From Pecten maximus (Eukaryota): a stretch of 64,000 nucleotides of DNA. A model generated the notes under the pieces. It searched no databases and had not been told where the DNA came from. It was given only the letters and a program-made list of their open reading frames with translations. Position 1 is the first letter of the stretch. Each line of letters opens with the position of its first letter. Both the position numbers and the translations under genes were made by a program. Of the stretch, positions 37,401-49,989 are shown in pieces. The DNA lies in assembly GCF_902652985.1 (NCBI RefSeq), contig NC_047022.1:40176001-40240000 (forward strand). The letters run 5' to 3'.

Positions 37401-38324
37401 AAAAGGGTCTTAAATGAATTTTCATTTCATATGAGATTTTATGAAATGTGTTTTAGAAGTTCATAATTTTGCAAGACTTGGCAAGCAAAAATTAAAACTC
37501 CGAGATGAGTTTAAGAACATTTAAGATACTTTCCATGACATACTATAAGATAATTCACTCTGACAGATCGCTCTGCTTTGTCCCTATATAACACTACCAA
37601 GGCCAGTTCCGTGTTAGAAACCATAGCACGAGCGTAGTAATATGCAAAATACATGTTAGTAACAAACGTCGTTTTTTTTCTCTCGACGTAACAACCTCTA
37701 AAGCGCGGCCAAATATTTTTTACCTGATGACAGAAAATAACATAAGATATGAATACTAGTAGCAACTATTGATTGATTAGATTTAAAAAATGATATCATT
37801 GTTTTTCTTATTTTACACGCACTCCGTTTTTTTCCCAGGAAAAGTCAGAAGACAAAATTCCATGAGCGGTTCCGTCGGTTGTTATACTTGTGGAACAGAT
37901 TTCAAAAATTGAAATAAAAAAGTTACTTGCAAACGAAATTACGAATGTTAGAAATAATATATTACACAGCATTCTGTTATGGTCCTATCGTAATCATAAC
38001 GCACGTCATTCAATTTGTCTGCGAACTGTCTGTACGCGCGTGAAGGTTATTTGTCTGCAACCAGTTCCGTGTTACACAACCATAACAAAGAACAGAAAGC
38101 TGTTTAAATGGGGATGATTTAATGATTACATGGAGACAGCCATTTTGTTGAGCCATTCACATTCATGAACTCACGTCATTGTCTATGCTATGACGTCACG
38201 ATCCCAGTTTTGTATTGTTCATTTCAGGACGTTTCTAATGTACAAGACTTCATTACAAACCTGCACCCCGACGACTCCATGGACCGAAATCCTACACGTG
38301 ACAGGGAGAATACGACCCTCAAAG

Positions 38325-39694
38325 GAATGGATAATTCAGTTAAATCTTGTGTGAAACATAACGGTTATTACTCTGATTTCTTCTCCAACACAATCGGTCT
38401 CTTCCACGGAGAAATCCTCTCCCCGATTTTGTACTCATTATTTGTAAATGACTGTGAAATGCATTTTATAAGTGAATGTTGTCCATCAATTGAACTTAAC
38501 TTAATCAGTATTTTTCTTCTTATGTATGCTGATGATACAGTGTTATTTGCTGACTCTCCAGAGAATTTGCAACAGGTCATAGATGCTCTCAAATCTTATA
38601 ACAATAAATATAGTCTTATTTTGAACACAGACAAGACGAAAATAATGGTCTTTAGAAACGGCGGGAATATTAAAAATAACGAAAAGTGGTTTTACAATGA
38701 AACTGAACTACAAATTGTAGACCAATTCAATTATCTAGGGATGTTTTTCAATTATAATGGTAAATTTTATGTTACCCAAAAGCATGTGGCTGAACAGGGC
38801 AATAAAGCATATTACGCTATATATAATAAGTTCAAAAATCATGATTTCAACATTAATACCCAATGTTCTGTGTTTGACACATATGTAAATAGCATACTTA
38901 GATACAGTGCCGAGGTATGGGGTTTCCACAAAGCCTTAGATATTGAAAAGATACATATTAATTTTTGTAAAAAAGTACTTGGTGTGAAAAAAAGTACATG
39001 TAATAATTTAGTATATTGTGAACTCGGAAGATTACCATTGTCAACATTCAGAAAACTTCGTATAATTAAGTACTGGTTGAAACTGAGAAATTCATATAAT
39101 TGTATATTAAGAAATTGCTATGAGGAAAGGATAAGATCAAATGACAGTTGGATTTTAAACATAAGAGCAGAATTAGATAAATTATGATTATCTTATCTTT
39201 GGAACAATATAACATGCAATGATAGGAAAGCTTATAAAATTATTGAAAATAGATTTTACGACGTTTATCGTCAAGAACTTTTATCAAACATACAAGCAAT
39301 TCCAAAGGGTTTTCTATACCGACATCTTATCGATAATTTTACACTACAATTTTATTTAACTAAAACTATTAGTAGTTCTTACCAAAAGAATATAGCACGT
39401 ATTAGACTTAGTTCACACAATTTAAATATTGAACAAGGACGGTATAGAAACCGTCCTAGAGATCATAGGATATGTGAAGTATGCAATTCTAATGATGTTG
39501 AGGATGAATTTCATTTTCTTCTAAGGTGTAACTGTTATACTGATTTAAGGCAAAAGTACATTAAGTCATATTATTACAGACGTCCCAGTGTTTTTAAGTT
39601 GATCCTTCTATTAAATACCCGGAATATTGGAGAATTAAATAAGTTAGGCAAATATATATCTTTGTCTTTTAAGCGCCGAAATAATTATATCTAA
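38325..39694 (+). pseudogene. 5'-truncated non-LTR retrotransposon RT (RTE-X-like) with C-terminal CCHC finger
   Basis: GLFHGEILSPILYSLFVND, LMYADDTVL, LNTDKTK, FNYLGM; one in-frame TGA at 39185-39187, then the frame continues through RLSSHNLNIEQGRY...RICEVC...EDEFHFLLRC to TAA at 39692-39694. Confidence 0.9.
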
Positions 39695-41499
39695 TTTTGC
39701 CTCAAGTTAGGTTGATACAAACATATCAGACCTGTACTTTCATTTAAATTTTATATCAGTTTAAAAGACATGTCGAATGGTTGAGATTGTATAATTATAG
39801 GATAAAAGGTATATATCAGTGTACTTCCTGTCTACAAATCAGTGGTCCTTATAAAGCTAATATGTAAAATCGTATATGTATATACTTAAAGTAAGGATTG
39901 GCACTATTTACCGTTTCTATAGTACTAGTATACTATATCATGCTTGTATTATCAATGAAACATATTGTGTACTATATTACTTTATTATGCATTTATGATA
40001 AATGTATATGAATATTATCTATACTTAATAAATATGTCAGCGTTCATATAGATTTTATCCTGGGGCTTATATCGAGGATTTGTATGAAGAATTTCTTTTA
40101 AAAAATCCGGAAAATTTTGTTGTCAACGTAGTGAATGTTAAAATATCAGTGCATAAACACTGTGATTATCATTTAATATGAATTTAAGTAAATGTAATGC
40201 ATTGTGCTATTTTTTAATGATATACCATGTAATGTGTTCTTCTATATCAAGATATATATATTCTTGATTGATATAATGATATGATTGTCCATCACTATCT
40301 GTACTATTGTATTATTGTATATGTATATGTCTACTCTCCAATGTGTCTCGTAACACAAGGAAATAAAATAATCTGAATCTGATGGATGACGGATAGACGG
40401 ATGGATTAGATATGGCGGCTGTATGAGGGCCATACGTACCTCCCTCTTACAAAATATTTCTGAATCCTAAAAGAAAATAATTTTAAATTTTCGGAGCGAA
40501 AATTATGAAAGAAAAGTGACATTTATGACTACTTACAATTACGTGTACATAATCGCTATTTTAAAAGGGAGATAATCCTTCTGGCCATAATATGTCACAC
40601 GACAGTTCATCGTATCATACTGTGTGACACCATTCAGAGATCCGAGGACGTTCAAGTTACAGCTTGTATTCAACTCCTCACTGATGGTATTAATACTCGG
40701 ATATACAGTATTGAAAGGTTAATCCGTAATGAGACCTTGACATGCTGCGTAACCTTCGTTGGTATTTACATAATGACTTATAAAATTACATATATAGTAA
40801 TTAATTGTACAGTAATTAGACATACGTTAATTTGTTGATATTTTACACTGAACTAGTACATTCATAAAAGTTTGTCAACCTGATGAAACCTCGAAATCAA
40901 ATGGGGGCGATATACTACTGTTTTACCGGATTAATGTAATGTCCGGAATAACGAATGTGTGTCCAGTTAATGTTGTGATCCGGATAAGTGAATATAGATT
41001 CCGGATTACCATATGATATACTGAAAGGATAGGAGAGAACTAAACGTACATAATGAAATTTCCATAGACGATAGAGTGGTTCCCTATTCTTCAATTACAC
41101 CATATATAACACTTTTATTTCCGGTAAACCGGGTAATTCCTAATTGCGTTTTTTCCCTTTCTTTATAGTTTAACAATTGATTTAAGGGGTTATGCTTATG
41201 ACTATAAAAGAAACCTTCGGCTTTTGAAGAACAGCAATCAAGACATTGAGAATTTAATGATGATGCGGAAAATAGTAAAAAGGGTTAGACATTATATATT
41301 TGAAGGGAAATAACTCGTAGACAAAATTTGGAAACTAGATTTTAGGTGAAGGTAAGTTAAATATTATAAAAAGTATATTCTCCAAACAAAATTAGGATGT
41401 TAAGCTTTGACCTGTTTAAGAAGGTTTGTTTAGTTTTCCAGTATAGGCATATGTTAAGTGCGTATTAGTGATATTACCAAAATCAATCAATACTAATCG

Positions 41500-41807
41500 A
41501 TAGCGCCGATTGTGTTTAGTGACAGCCAGTCTATTGATATTTGGCCCTTGTCGAGAAACACGTTCCGCTGGCGCAGTGTATAAAAGGCTCCAAAAGCTGT
41601 TTATCATTTGCTCGAGGTACACAAAGTACCGGTGTGTGTATAGGAACTCCCTCTAATACCATCGCTTATCTGCATCATTTAATTGAGGACCATATACACG
41701 TGGAATCTATAGGTGGGTACATATATACATAGTTTAGAATTAAGGGTTTAATTTTAAATGGAAACTTTTCGAGTAGTGATTTAGCTGAGAGATTCACACA
41801 GGTAAGT
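41500..41807 (+). promoter_or_regulatory. Candidate TATA promoter and non-coding first exon
   Basis: GTATAAAAGG at about 41578-41587 in CpG-containing context; strong donor CAG|GTAAGT at 41802. Confidence 0.4.
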
Positions 41808-42729
41808 TAACAGGTAGTGTATAGGTTGATGTCATCCATAGACTGACTGAAGTAACAGGCAATCAGAACTCGAGTTAATGATAAATTTTATTGGTATGAT
41901 TTACGTGTATTTCATTTACTTAGTGTATACCAAAAACTGAACGTCAAATTAAAATTCAATTTGTAACTTGTACGTATCATGATTTGTGTCTGGTTTCCAT
42001 GGAATTTTAGATTTTGTCGATGGGTGTTGTAAACTTTTAATATTTAACTGTAGACCAGGAACGAAAAAGCACGGCTTTGCGTTCTGACGTTTTTGTCCGG
42101 GGATGTTTTTATCACGGGTAGACGTGGTAAATTTCAATTTGTCATAGAAACTTTGTTTCGTGGTTTCTGTTCTAGACTATTTGCTATCATGGATAGTCTT
42201 TGTAACTTTCTTTTCATCCTACAGGCATTTTCTGTCCCGGGAAGTCGTCGTAACTATTTTTTTCATTTCTTCTTTTCCCATTTTTGTCCTAGGATTGTCC
42301 TATCAGTCATGGTGGCTGTGACTTTCCCCCCTAGGATTTCTCTACCAAGCATTAGTGGCCGGGACTATTTTATTTGTCCTATGTTTTTTTTTTTCTATCA
42401 ACCATAGTCGTTGTGATTTATTTTACATTTATACCGTTGATTGTCGCTCTAACGTGAACGTCGCAGTGTAAAATTGACGGCCTTGGATTAGTCAGATTTA
42501 TGTAGGCGAAAGAATTTATTGGGTATTAGGCGATCGATATAATCAAAAGAGTATTTCCTTCACGATTGCAGAATGTTTAAAGTCTTCATAATAAGAAAAG
42601 GAGAGCATATTGTATGTACGATTGATTCGACCATGCGTTGCATTGTCTGTGTGTTTGGATACACATATAACTATCTACGTGTACATGTTTAAATACCTGA
42701 CCAAAATAGTTATACAAGTTTAAATTGTC

Positions 42730-42886
42730 CCGGTACGGTTTGTTCCGAGTGTGCTCGATCTATTGTAAGACTCGCAACCATGGAGAGTAGGGTCGTTTGA
42801 AAATGGCGGCCCCCACAGTAGTGATATTCCAAAAGGATACCAATATTTAGTTTACACAACCAGAGGACATATAGCTACAGGTAAGG
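42730..42886 (+). promoter_or_regulatory. Candidate CpG-rich promoter and non-coding first exon with YY1-type motif
   Basis: AAAATGGCGGC at 42800-42810; donor CAG|GTAAGG at 42881; both ATGs (42780, 42803) terminate inside the exon. Confidence 0.5.
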
Positions 42887-43241
42887 AGTTAAGTGTGTTG
42901 AACGAACACTCACTCTTTATATAACAGACAGGGGAGTAGGCTATTCGCTAACTTAGGGCTTGGAGATTTGTCGAAATTCCCAACGAAAGCCAGTTGATAT
43001 ACTATAGATATTACTGTGCGTTATGGGAGGCCTGTGTTTGATGTAAGTGCTCGATTAATTGATACGGTCCTGTAGCTGTTATGATCATTCTCAGCTTTAC
43101 TGTTAACTTACTATCGAATTGTCATTAAGTATGCGCTATATTGATTTCTCTCGATGTTCGTTGTCCATTCGATCATGCTTTGTAAATGTCAACAAATCGT
43201 TCATGAATGTATTTAAAAACAAAAACTAGATAACAGTGTTT

Positions 43242-44310
43242 TTATACAGGCTTTTTACAGGGTGTCAGATTATACAGGGTGTCAGATTATACAGGCTTTT
43301 ACAGGATGTCAGATTATACAGGCTTTTTACAGAAAGTCAGATTATACAGGATGTCAGATTATACAGGCTTTTTACGGGATGTCAGATTATACAGGCTTTT
43401 TACGGGATATCAGATTTTACAGGCTTTTTACGGGATGTGATATTATACAGGCTTTTACAGGGTGTCAGATTATACAGGCTTTTTACAGGATGTCAGATTA
43501 TACAGGCTTTTACAGGGTGTCAGATTATACAGGCTTTTTTACAGGATGTCAGATAATACAGGCTTTTTACAGGATGTCAGATTATACAGGCTTTTTACAG
43601 GGTGTCAGATTATACAGGCTTGTTACATGATGTCAGATTATGCAGGCTTTTACAGGGTGTCAGATTATACAGGCTTGTTACATGATGTCAGATTATACAG
43701 GTTTTTTACAGGGTGTCAGATTATACAGGCTTTTACAGGATGTCAGATTATGCAGGCTTTTACAGGGTGTCAGATTATACAGGCTTTTTACAGGATGTCA
43801 GATTATACAGGCTTTTTTACAGGATGTCAGATTATACAGGCTTTTACAAGGTGTCAGATTATACAGGCTTTTACAGGGTGTCAGATTATACAGGTTTGTT
43901 ACAGAATGTCAGATTATACATGCTTTTTACAGGATGTCAGATTATACAGGTTTTACAGGATGTCAGATTATACAGGCTTTTACAGGATGTCAGATTATAC
44001 AGGCTTTTACAGGGTGTCAGATTATACAGGCTTTTACAGGATGTCAGATTATACAGGCTTTTACAGGATGTCAGATTATACAGGCTTTTACACGGTGTCA
44101 GATTATACAGGCTTTTACAAGGTGTCAGATTATACAGGCTTGTTACAGAATGTCAGATTATACAGGCTTTTTTTACAGGATGTCAGATTATACAGGCTTT
44201 TACAGGATGTCAGATTATACAGGCTTTTACAGGATGTCAGATTATACAGGCTTTTACAGGATGTCAGATTATACAGGCTTTTACACGGTGTCAGATTATA
44301 CAGGGTGTCA
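43242..44310. repeat. Minisatellite, 25-27-bp unit (TTTTACAGGRTGTCAGATTATACAGGCT)
   Basis: Directly visible; variable T-run. Confidence 0.95.
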
Positions 44311-44479
44311 AGTTTTTAACAAGATATCAGGTTTTAGAGGATTTTTAACAGTATGTCGGATTATACAGGTGTTTTGTGAAACAGAATGTCTTATTATACA
44401 GTATAATCTTGATATGTTTGTCATGTCAGACTATACAGGTAGTTTGGCATATGTCAAAGCTCCTTTAATTTGTAAGACT

Positions 44480-44945
44480 GGGTGTCAGATTATACATTTG
44501 TTTTCTAAGACAGTGTGTCAGATTATACAGGTGTTTTGTGGGAATAGTTGACAGATTATACAGGTGTTTTGTGGGAATAGTTGACAGATTATACAGGTGT
44601 TTTGTGGGAATAGCTGACAGATTATACAGGTGTTTTTTATGAGACTGGGTGTCAGATTATAAAGGAGTTTTGTGAGAATAGTTGACAGATTATACAGGTG
44701 TTTTGTGAGAATAGTTGACAGATTATACAGGTGTTTTGTGAGAATAGTTGACAGATTATACAGGTGTTTTGTGAGAATAGTTGACAGATAATACAGGTGT
44801 TTTGTGAGAATAGTTGACAGATAATACAGGTGTTTCATGAAACTGGGTGTTAGGCTATACATGTGTTATATGAGACTTGGTGTCAGATTATACAGGTGTT
44901 TTGGGAGGCTGGGTGTCAGATTATACAGGTGTTTTGTGGGACTGG
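44480..44945. repeat. Related about 34-bp tandem unit (GACAGATTATACAGGTGTTTTGTGAGAATAGTT)
   Basis: Shares the CAGATTATACAGG core with the preceding array. Confidence 0.9.
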
Positions 44946-45654
44946 TTGTTCAGAAATCACTATTGTTGTATATGTATACTATAGTCATGCCTTTCCTACA
45001 TTGCTATAGTTTGAATAACAACATTGTTACTCCTGAGTTACTCTCCTAATTACCAGTAGTGTGTAAAGACAAAGGAAAACAAAGCCATGGTACTTGTCTA
45101 TGTTGTGATTACAAGTTTGACATTACCAGGCCAAATCTTATCTCCCACTGAAATAACTTAAAGCAGCTTACAATACCTCTGTACTAACAGATGACAATGT
45201 TTTATTAGATTTAAAGAATATATTACCATGTATAGCTCTTACTTAAATCTTATTTTGTTTGGTTAACAAATTAAATATTTTTATACTGTTTCGGGTAAGG
45301 GCATAGAGGCAGGGAGGGCCAGGACAATGCATTATGAGTGAGGAAATCCAGAAATACAATAAAAACAAGTTATTAATATCTAAATGGCAATATTATTTAG
45401 CAAAAATTATTATACGGTGATGTTTTAAATTGCTGGTAAGCTGACAATGTTTTAAGAAGTGATGACAGGTCTGATCAGGGACACATAGTACTACTATATG
45501 TACACCTGCCAACACTAATCTGTCACACCACTACTGTGGATCAGCTTTATGCCCACATTATCCTCCTCAGGGACCATACCTGAGGATTTTCATTCCCAGG
45601 GACCATAACTGTGGATTTTTAATTCCCAGGGTGAACATCACTTTCTAAAGGGTC

Positions 45655-48205
45655 TATGACTTCCCAATAGGACCATGACTGTGGTCTTTCCTTCACAATA
45701 GGACCATTACTGGGGTCTTTCCTTCCCAATAGGACCATTACTGTGGTCTTTCCTTCCCAAAAGGACCATGATTGTTGTCTTTCCTTCCCAATAGGACCAT
45801 GACTGTTGTCTTTCCTTCCCAATAGGACAGTGGCTGTGGTCTTTCCTTCCCAATGGGACCATGACTGTGGTCTTTCCTTCCCAATAGGACCATGACTGTG
45901 GTCTTTCCTTCCCAATAGGACCATTACTGTGGTCTTTCCTTCCCAACAGGACCATGACTGTGGTCTTTCCTTCCCAATAGGACCATGACTGTGGTCTTTC
46001 CTTCCTAATGGGACCATGACTGTTGTCTTTCCTTCCCAACAGGACCATGACTGTGGTCTTTCCTTCCCAATGAGACCATGACTGTGGTCTTTCCTTCCCA
46101 ATAGGACCATGATTGTTGTCTTTCCTTCCCAATAGGACCATGACTGTGGTCTTTCCTTCCCAATAGGACCATGACTGTGGTCTTTCCTTCCCAATAGGAC
46201 CATGACTGTGGTCTTTCCTTCCCAATAGGACCATGATTGTTGTCTTTCCTTCCCAATAGGACCATGACTGTGGTCTTTCCTTCCCAATAGGACCATGATT
46301 GTTGTCTTTCCTTCCCAATAGGACCATGCCTGTGGTCTTTCCTTCCCGATAGGACCCTGACTGTGGTCTTTCCTTCCCAATAGGACCATGACTGTGGTCT
46401 TTCCTTCCCAATAGGACCATGACTGTGGTCTTTCCTTCCCAATAGGACCATGATTGTTGTCTTTCCTTCCCAATAGGACCATGACTGTGGTCTTTCCTTC
46501 CCAATAGGACCATGATTGTTGTCTTTCCTTCCCAATATGACCATGACTGTGGTCTTTCCTTCCTTGATGGTAGGACCATGACTGTGGTCTTTCCTTCCCA
46601 ATGGGACCATGACTGTGGTCTTTCCTTCCCTAGTAGGACCATGACTGTGGTCTTTCCTTCCCAATGGGACCATGGCTGTGGTTTTTGCTTCCCAATAGGA
46701 CCATGACTGGTCTTTCCTTCCCAATGGGACCATGGCTGTGGTCTTTCTTTCCCAATAGGACCATGACTGTGGTCTTTCCTTCCCAATAGGACCTTGACTG
46801 TTGTCTTTCCTTCTCAATGGGACCATGACTGTTGTCTTTCCTTCCCGATAGGACCATGACTGTGGTCTTTCCTTCCTAATAGGACCCTGACTGTGGTATT
46901 TCCTTCCCAATAGGACCATGACTGTGTTCTTTCCTTCCCAATGGGACCATGACTGTTGTCTTTCCTTCCCAACAGGACCATGACTGTGGTCTTTCCTTCC
47001 CAATAGGACCATGACTGTGGTCTTTCCTTCCCAATAGGACCATGACTGTGTTCTTTCCTTCCCAATGGGACCATGACTGTGTCTTTCCTTCCCAATGGGA
47101 CCATGACTGTGGACTTTCCTTCCCAATAGGACCATGACTATGGTCTTTCCTTCCCAATAGGACCATGATTGTTGTCTTTCCTTCCCAATAGGACCATGAC
47201 TGTGGCCTTTCCTTCCCAATGGGACCATGACTGTAGTCTTTCCTTCCCAATAGGACCCTGACTGTGGTCTTTCCTTCCCAATAGGACCATGACTGTGGTC
47301 TTTCCTTCCCAATAGGACCATGACTGTGGTCTTTCCTTCCCAATAGGACCATGACTTTGGTCTTTCCTTCCCAATAGGACCATGACTGTGGTCTTTCCTT
47401 CCCAATAGGGCCATGACTGTGGTCTTTCCTTCCCAATAGGACCATGACTGTTGTCTTTCCTTCCCAATTGGACCATGACTGTGGTCTTTCCTTCCCAATA
47501 GGACCATGACTGTGGTCTTTCCTTCCCAGTAGGACCATGACTGTGGTCTTTCCTTCCCAATGGGACCATGACTGTGGTCTTTCCTTCCCAATGGGACCAT
47601 GACTGTGGTCTTTCCTTCCCAATGGGACCATGACTGTGGTCTTTCCTTCCCAGTAGGACCATGACTGTGGTCCTTCCTTCCCAATAGGACCCTGGCTATG
47701 GTATTTCCTTCCCAATAGGACCGTGGTCTTTCCTTCCCAATAGGACCATGACTGTGGTCTTTCCTTCCCAATAGGACCATGACTGTGGTATTTCCTTCCC
47801 AATAGGACCATGACTGTGGTCTTTCCTTCCCAATGGGACCATGACTGTGGTCTTTCCTTCCCAATGGGACCATGACTGTGTTCTTTTCTACCCAGTAGGA
47901 CCATGACTGTGGTCCTTCCTTCCCAATAGGACCCTGGCTATGGTATTTCCTTCCCAATAGGACCATGACTGTGGTCTTTCCTTTCCAATAGGACCCTGAT
48001 TGTGGTATTTCCTTCCCAATAGGACCATGACTGAGGTCTTTCCTTCCTAATGGGACCATGACTGTGGTCTTTCCTTCCCAAGAGGACCCTGACTGTGGTA
48101 TTTCCTTCCCAATGGGACCATGACTGAGGTCTTTCCTTCCCAATAGGACCATGACTGTGGTCTTTCCTTCCCGATAGGACCAAGACTGTGGTCTTTCCTT
48201 TCTTA
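45655..48205. repeat. Minisatellite, 31-bp unit CCTTCCCAATAGGACCATGACTGTGGTCTTT, about 80 copies
   Basis: Directly visible; source of the long minus-strand ORFs. Confidence 0.97.
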
Positions 48206-48454
48206 AGGAGGGACCATCTTACTATAGTTTCTTGTTCAAATTCAATCTTCATGCAGATCTCCCTTACCAAAAGTGCTTGTTTTGAATTGCTTTTCAGCTC
48301 TGAATGCTGAAGGTCAAGATCACTGTTACTGAGAATTTAACATTTTTTTCGAGTGATAACTCAAGTTTCCTTGGGCTGATAAATCTCAAACTTCATGCAG
48401 ATCTTTCTTATCCACATTACTTCCTTCTGAATGGTTTACAGGTTCAATGATCCA

Positions 48455-48665
48455 TTCATTATGACCTCAAATGACATCACCATGAACTCAAATGATATCA
48501 CCATGACATCACCATGACATCACCATGACATCAAATGTCATCATCATGACCTCAAATGATATCACCATGACATCAAATGACATTATCGTGACCTCAAATG
48601 ACATCACCATGACCTCAAAATGACATTATCATGACCTCAAAATCGCATCATCATGACCTCAAAAT
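48455..48665. repeat. Short-period repeat (ATGACCTCAA / ATGACATCACC)
   Basis: Directly visible. Confidence 0.85.
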
Positions 48666-48954
48666 GTTAAGTGCCATTCCACAAAGGTAAATAGAACAAT
48701 GTTTATTACATCTCTCAAGTAGAAAACTCAAAACTTTGAATTATTTTTTTTTACATTTTGAAATTTTTGGATAAAATGTTCTGAAAGAAAGATAATAATT
48801 TTGCATTGGGACTCCCTTAAATCAGGATAAAAAACACTGCACGATTATGGTAAGATAAACTCATATAACTACACCCTGATATCACCATGACATCACCACA
48901 ACATGATTATGACATCACCATGACCAAGATGTTAAGACTACAATGAACATCTGA

Positions 48955-49056
48955 TAGTGACCTGTATGACCTGTATGGCCTGCATGACCTGCATGACCTG
49001 CATGACCTGTATGACCTGTATGACCTGTATGACCTGTATGACCTGTATGACCTGTA
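48955..49056. repeat. 9-bp tandem repeat TGACCTG(T/C)A
   Basis: About 11 copies, ending about 40 nt before the acceptor at 49095. Confidence 0.9.
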
Positions 49057-49114
49057 GTTAGGTGTGTTGTGATTATATTGTTTGACTTGTTACAGGTGTC
49101 TGTGAGATCCAGCC

Positions 49115-49224
49115 ATGACCTCCCTTTATCCTGGTACCCTGTTTTGTACTCCGGGACTCAATCGTCGGTCAACACCCTCAAAGGCTGGCACCACTTCTGA
49201 AGAACTAGCAAAGCGCTATAGAAG
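49115..49224 (+). CDS. Probable first coding exon of an unidentified gene (MTSLYPGTLFCTPGLNRRSTPSKAGTTSEELAKRYR, phase 2); exon spans 49096-49224
   Basis: TTACAG acceptor at 49095, GCCATG start with an upstream in-frame stop, open to consensus donor AAG|GTAAGT at 49225; GC-rich unique island between repeats. Protein not recognised. Confidence 0.62.
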
Positions 49225-49244
49225 GTAAGTGCATTGACAATGAT

Positions 49245-49502
49245 TTTGTACAGGATGACCTCCCACTGACCCTGATTGTGTACAGGATGACCTCTCACTG
49301 ACCTTGATTGTGTACAGGATGACCTCTCGCTGACCCTGATTGTGTACAGGATGACCTCTCACTGACCCTGATTGTGTACAGGATGACCTCTCGCTGACCC
49401 TGATTGGGTAGAGGATGACCTCACAATGATCCTGAATGTGTACAGGATGACCTCACAATGACCCTAATTGTGTAGAGGATGACCCCGATTGTGTACAGGA
49501 TA
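49245..49502. repeat. 32-bp tandem repeat (TGTGTACAGGATGACCTCTCACTGACCCTGAT), about 8 copies
   Basis: Directly visible. Confidence 0.9.
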
Positions 49503-49989
49503 AGTTTTCTTGACATTGTTTATATGATAACTACAAGGTATTGTTTATATATATGTTAATTACTACATGAACAAACTTCCAGGTATAGTCAATACAGATC
49601 AAACCCCTAGCTGTTTAACTGTTGAATAGACAATGTGTAAAATTCTTTGAGAACATTGCATGCTTCAGAAGTCCTGTGATTTTTTATATCAACATAGGAG
49701 ATATCAGTTGATAGGATCTGTTAGGTGTATTAGTGGCCAGTACCAAGTCAGGGACGCCACTGTCATTGTACCATTCAGCTTAACATGTTCAGTACATGTG
49801 TCATTTATTCATTGAAAATTTTTACAATGCTAAGCTGCACCATGTCCTTTACACTAAGCACAAATTCAATAACAAGCTCAAAAGATTTCAGGACAATCAA
49901 TGCATTGCTGTATAACGTGGGAAATGTTGGTGATGAAAATATTCATGAGCATAAATAGATACGTAATATATATATTGGAACATAAACAT

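Noticed and set aside
42803-42880. ATGGCGGCC as the coding start of the third gene
   Set aside because: The frame stops (TAG) after 15 codons, before the donor; better explained as a YY1-type motif or uORF.
43236-48270. Long ORFs (up to 715 aa) with repeating peptides such as MSDYTGF and HGPIGKERPQSWS
   Set aside because: Translations of 26-bp and 31-bp minisatellites, open in several frames at once, with no splice or homology support.
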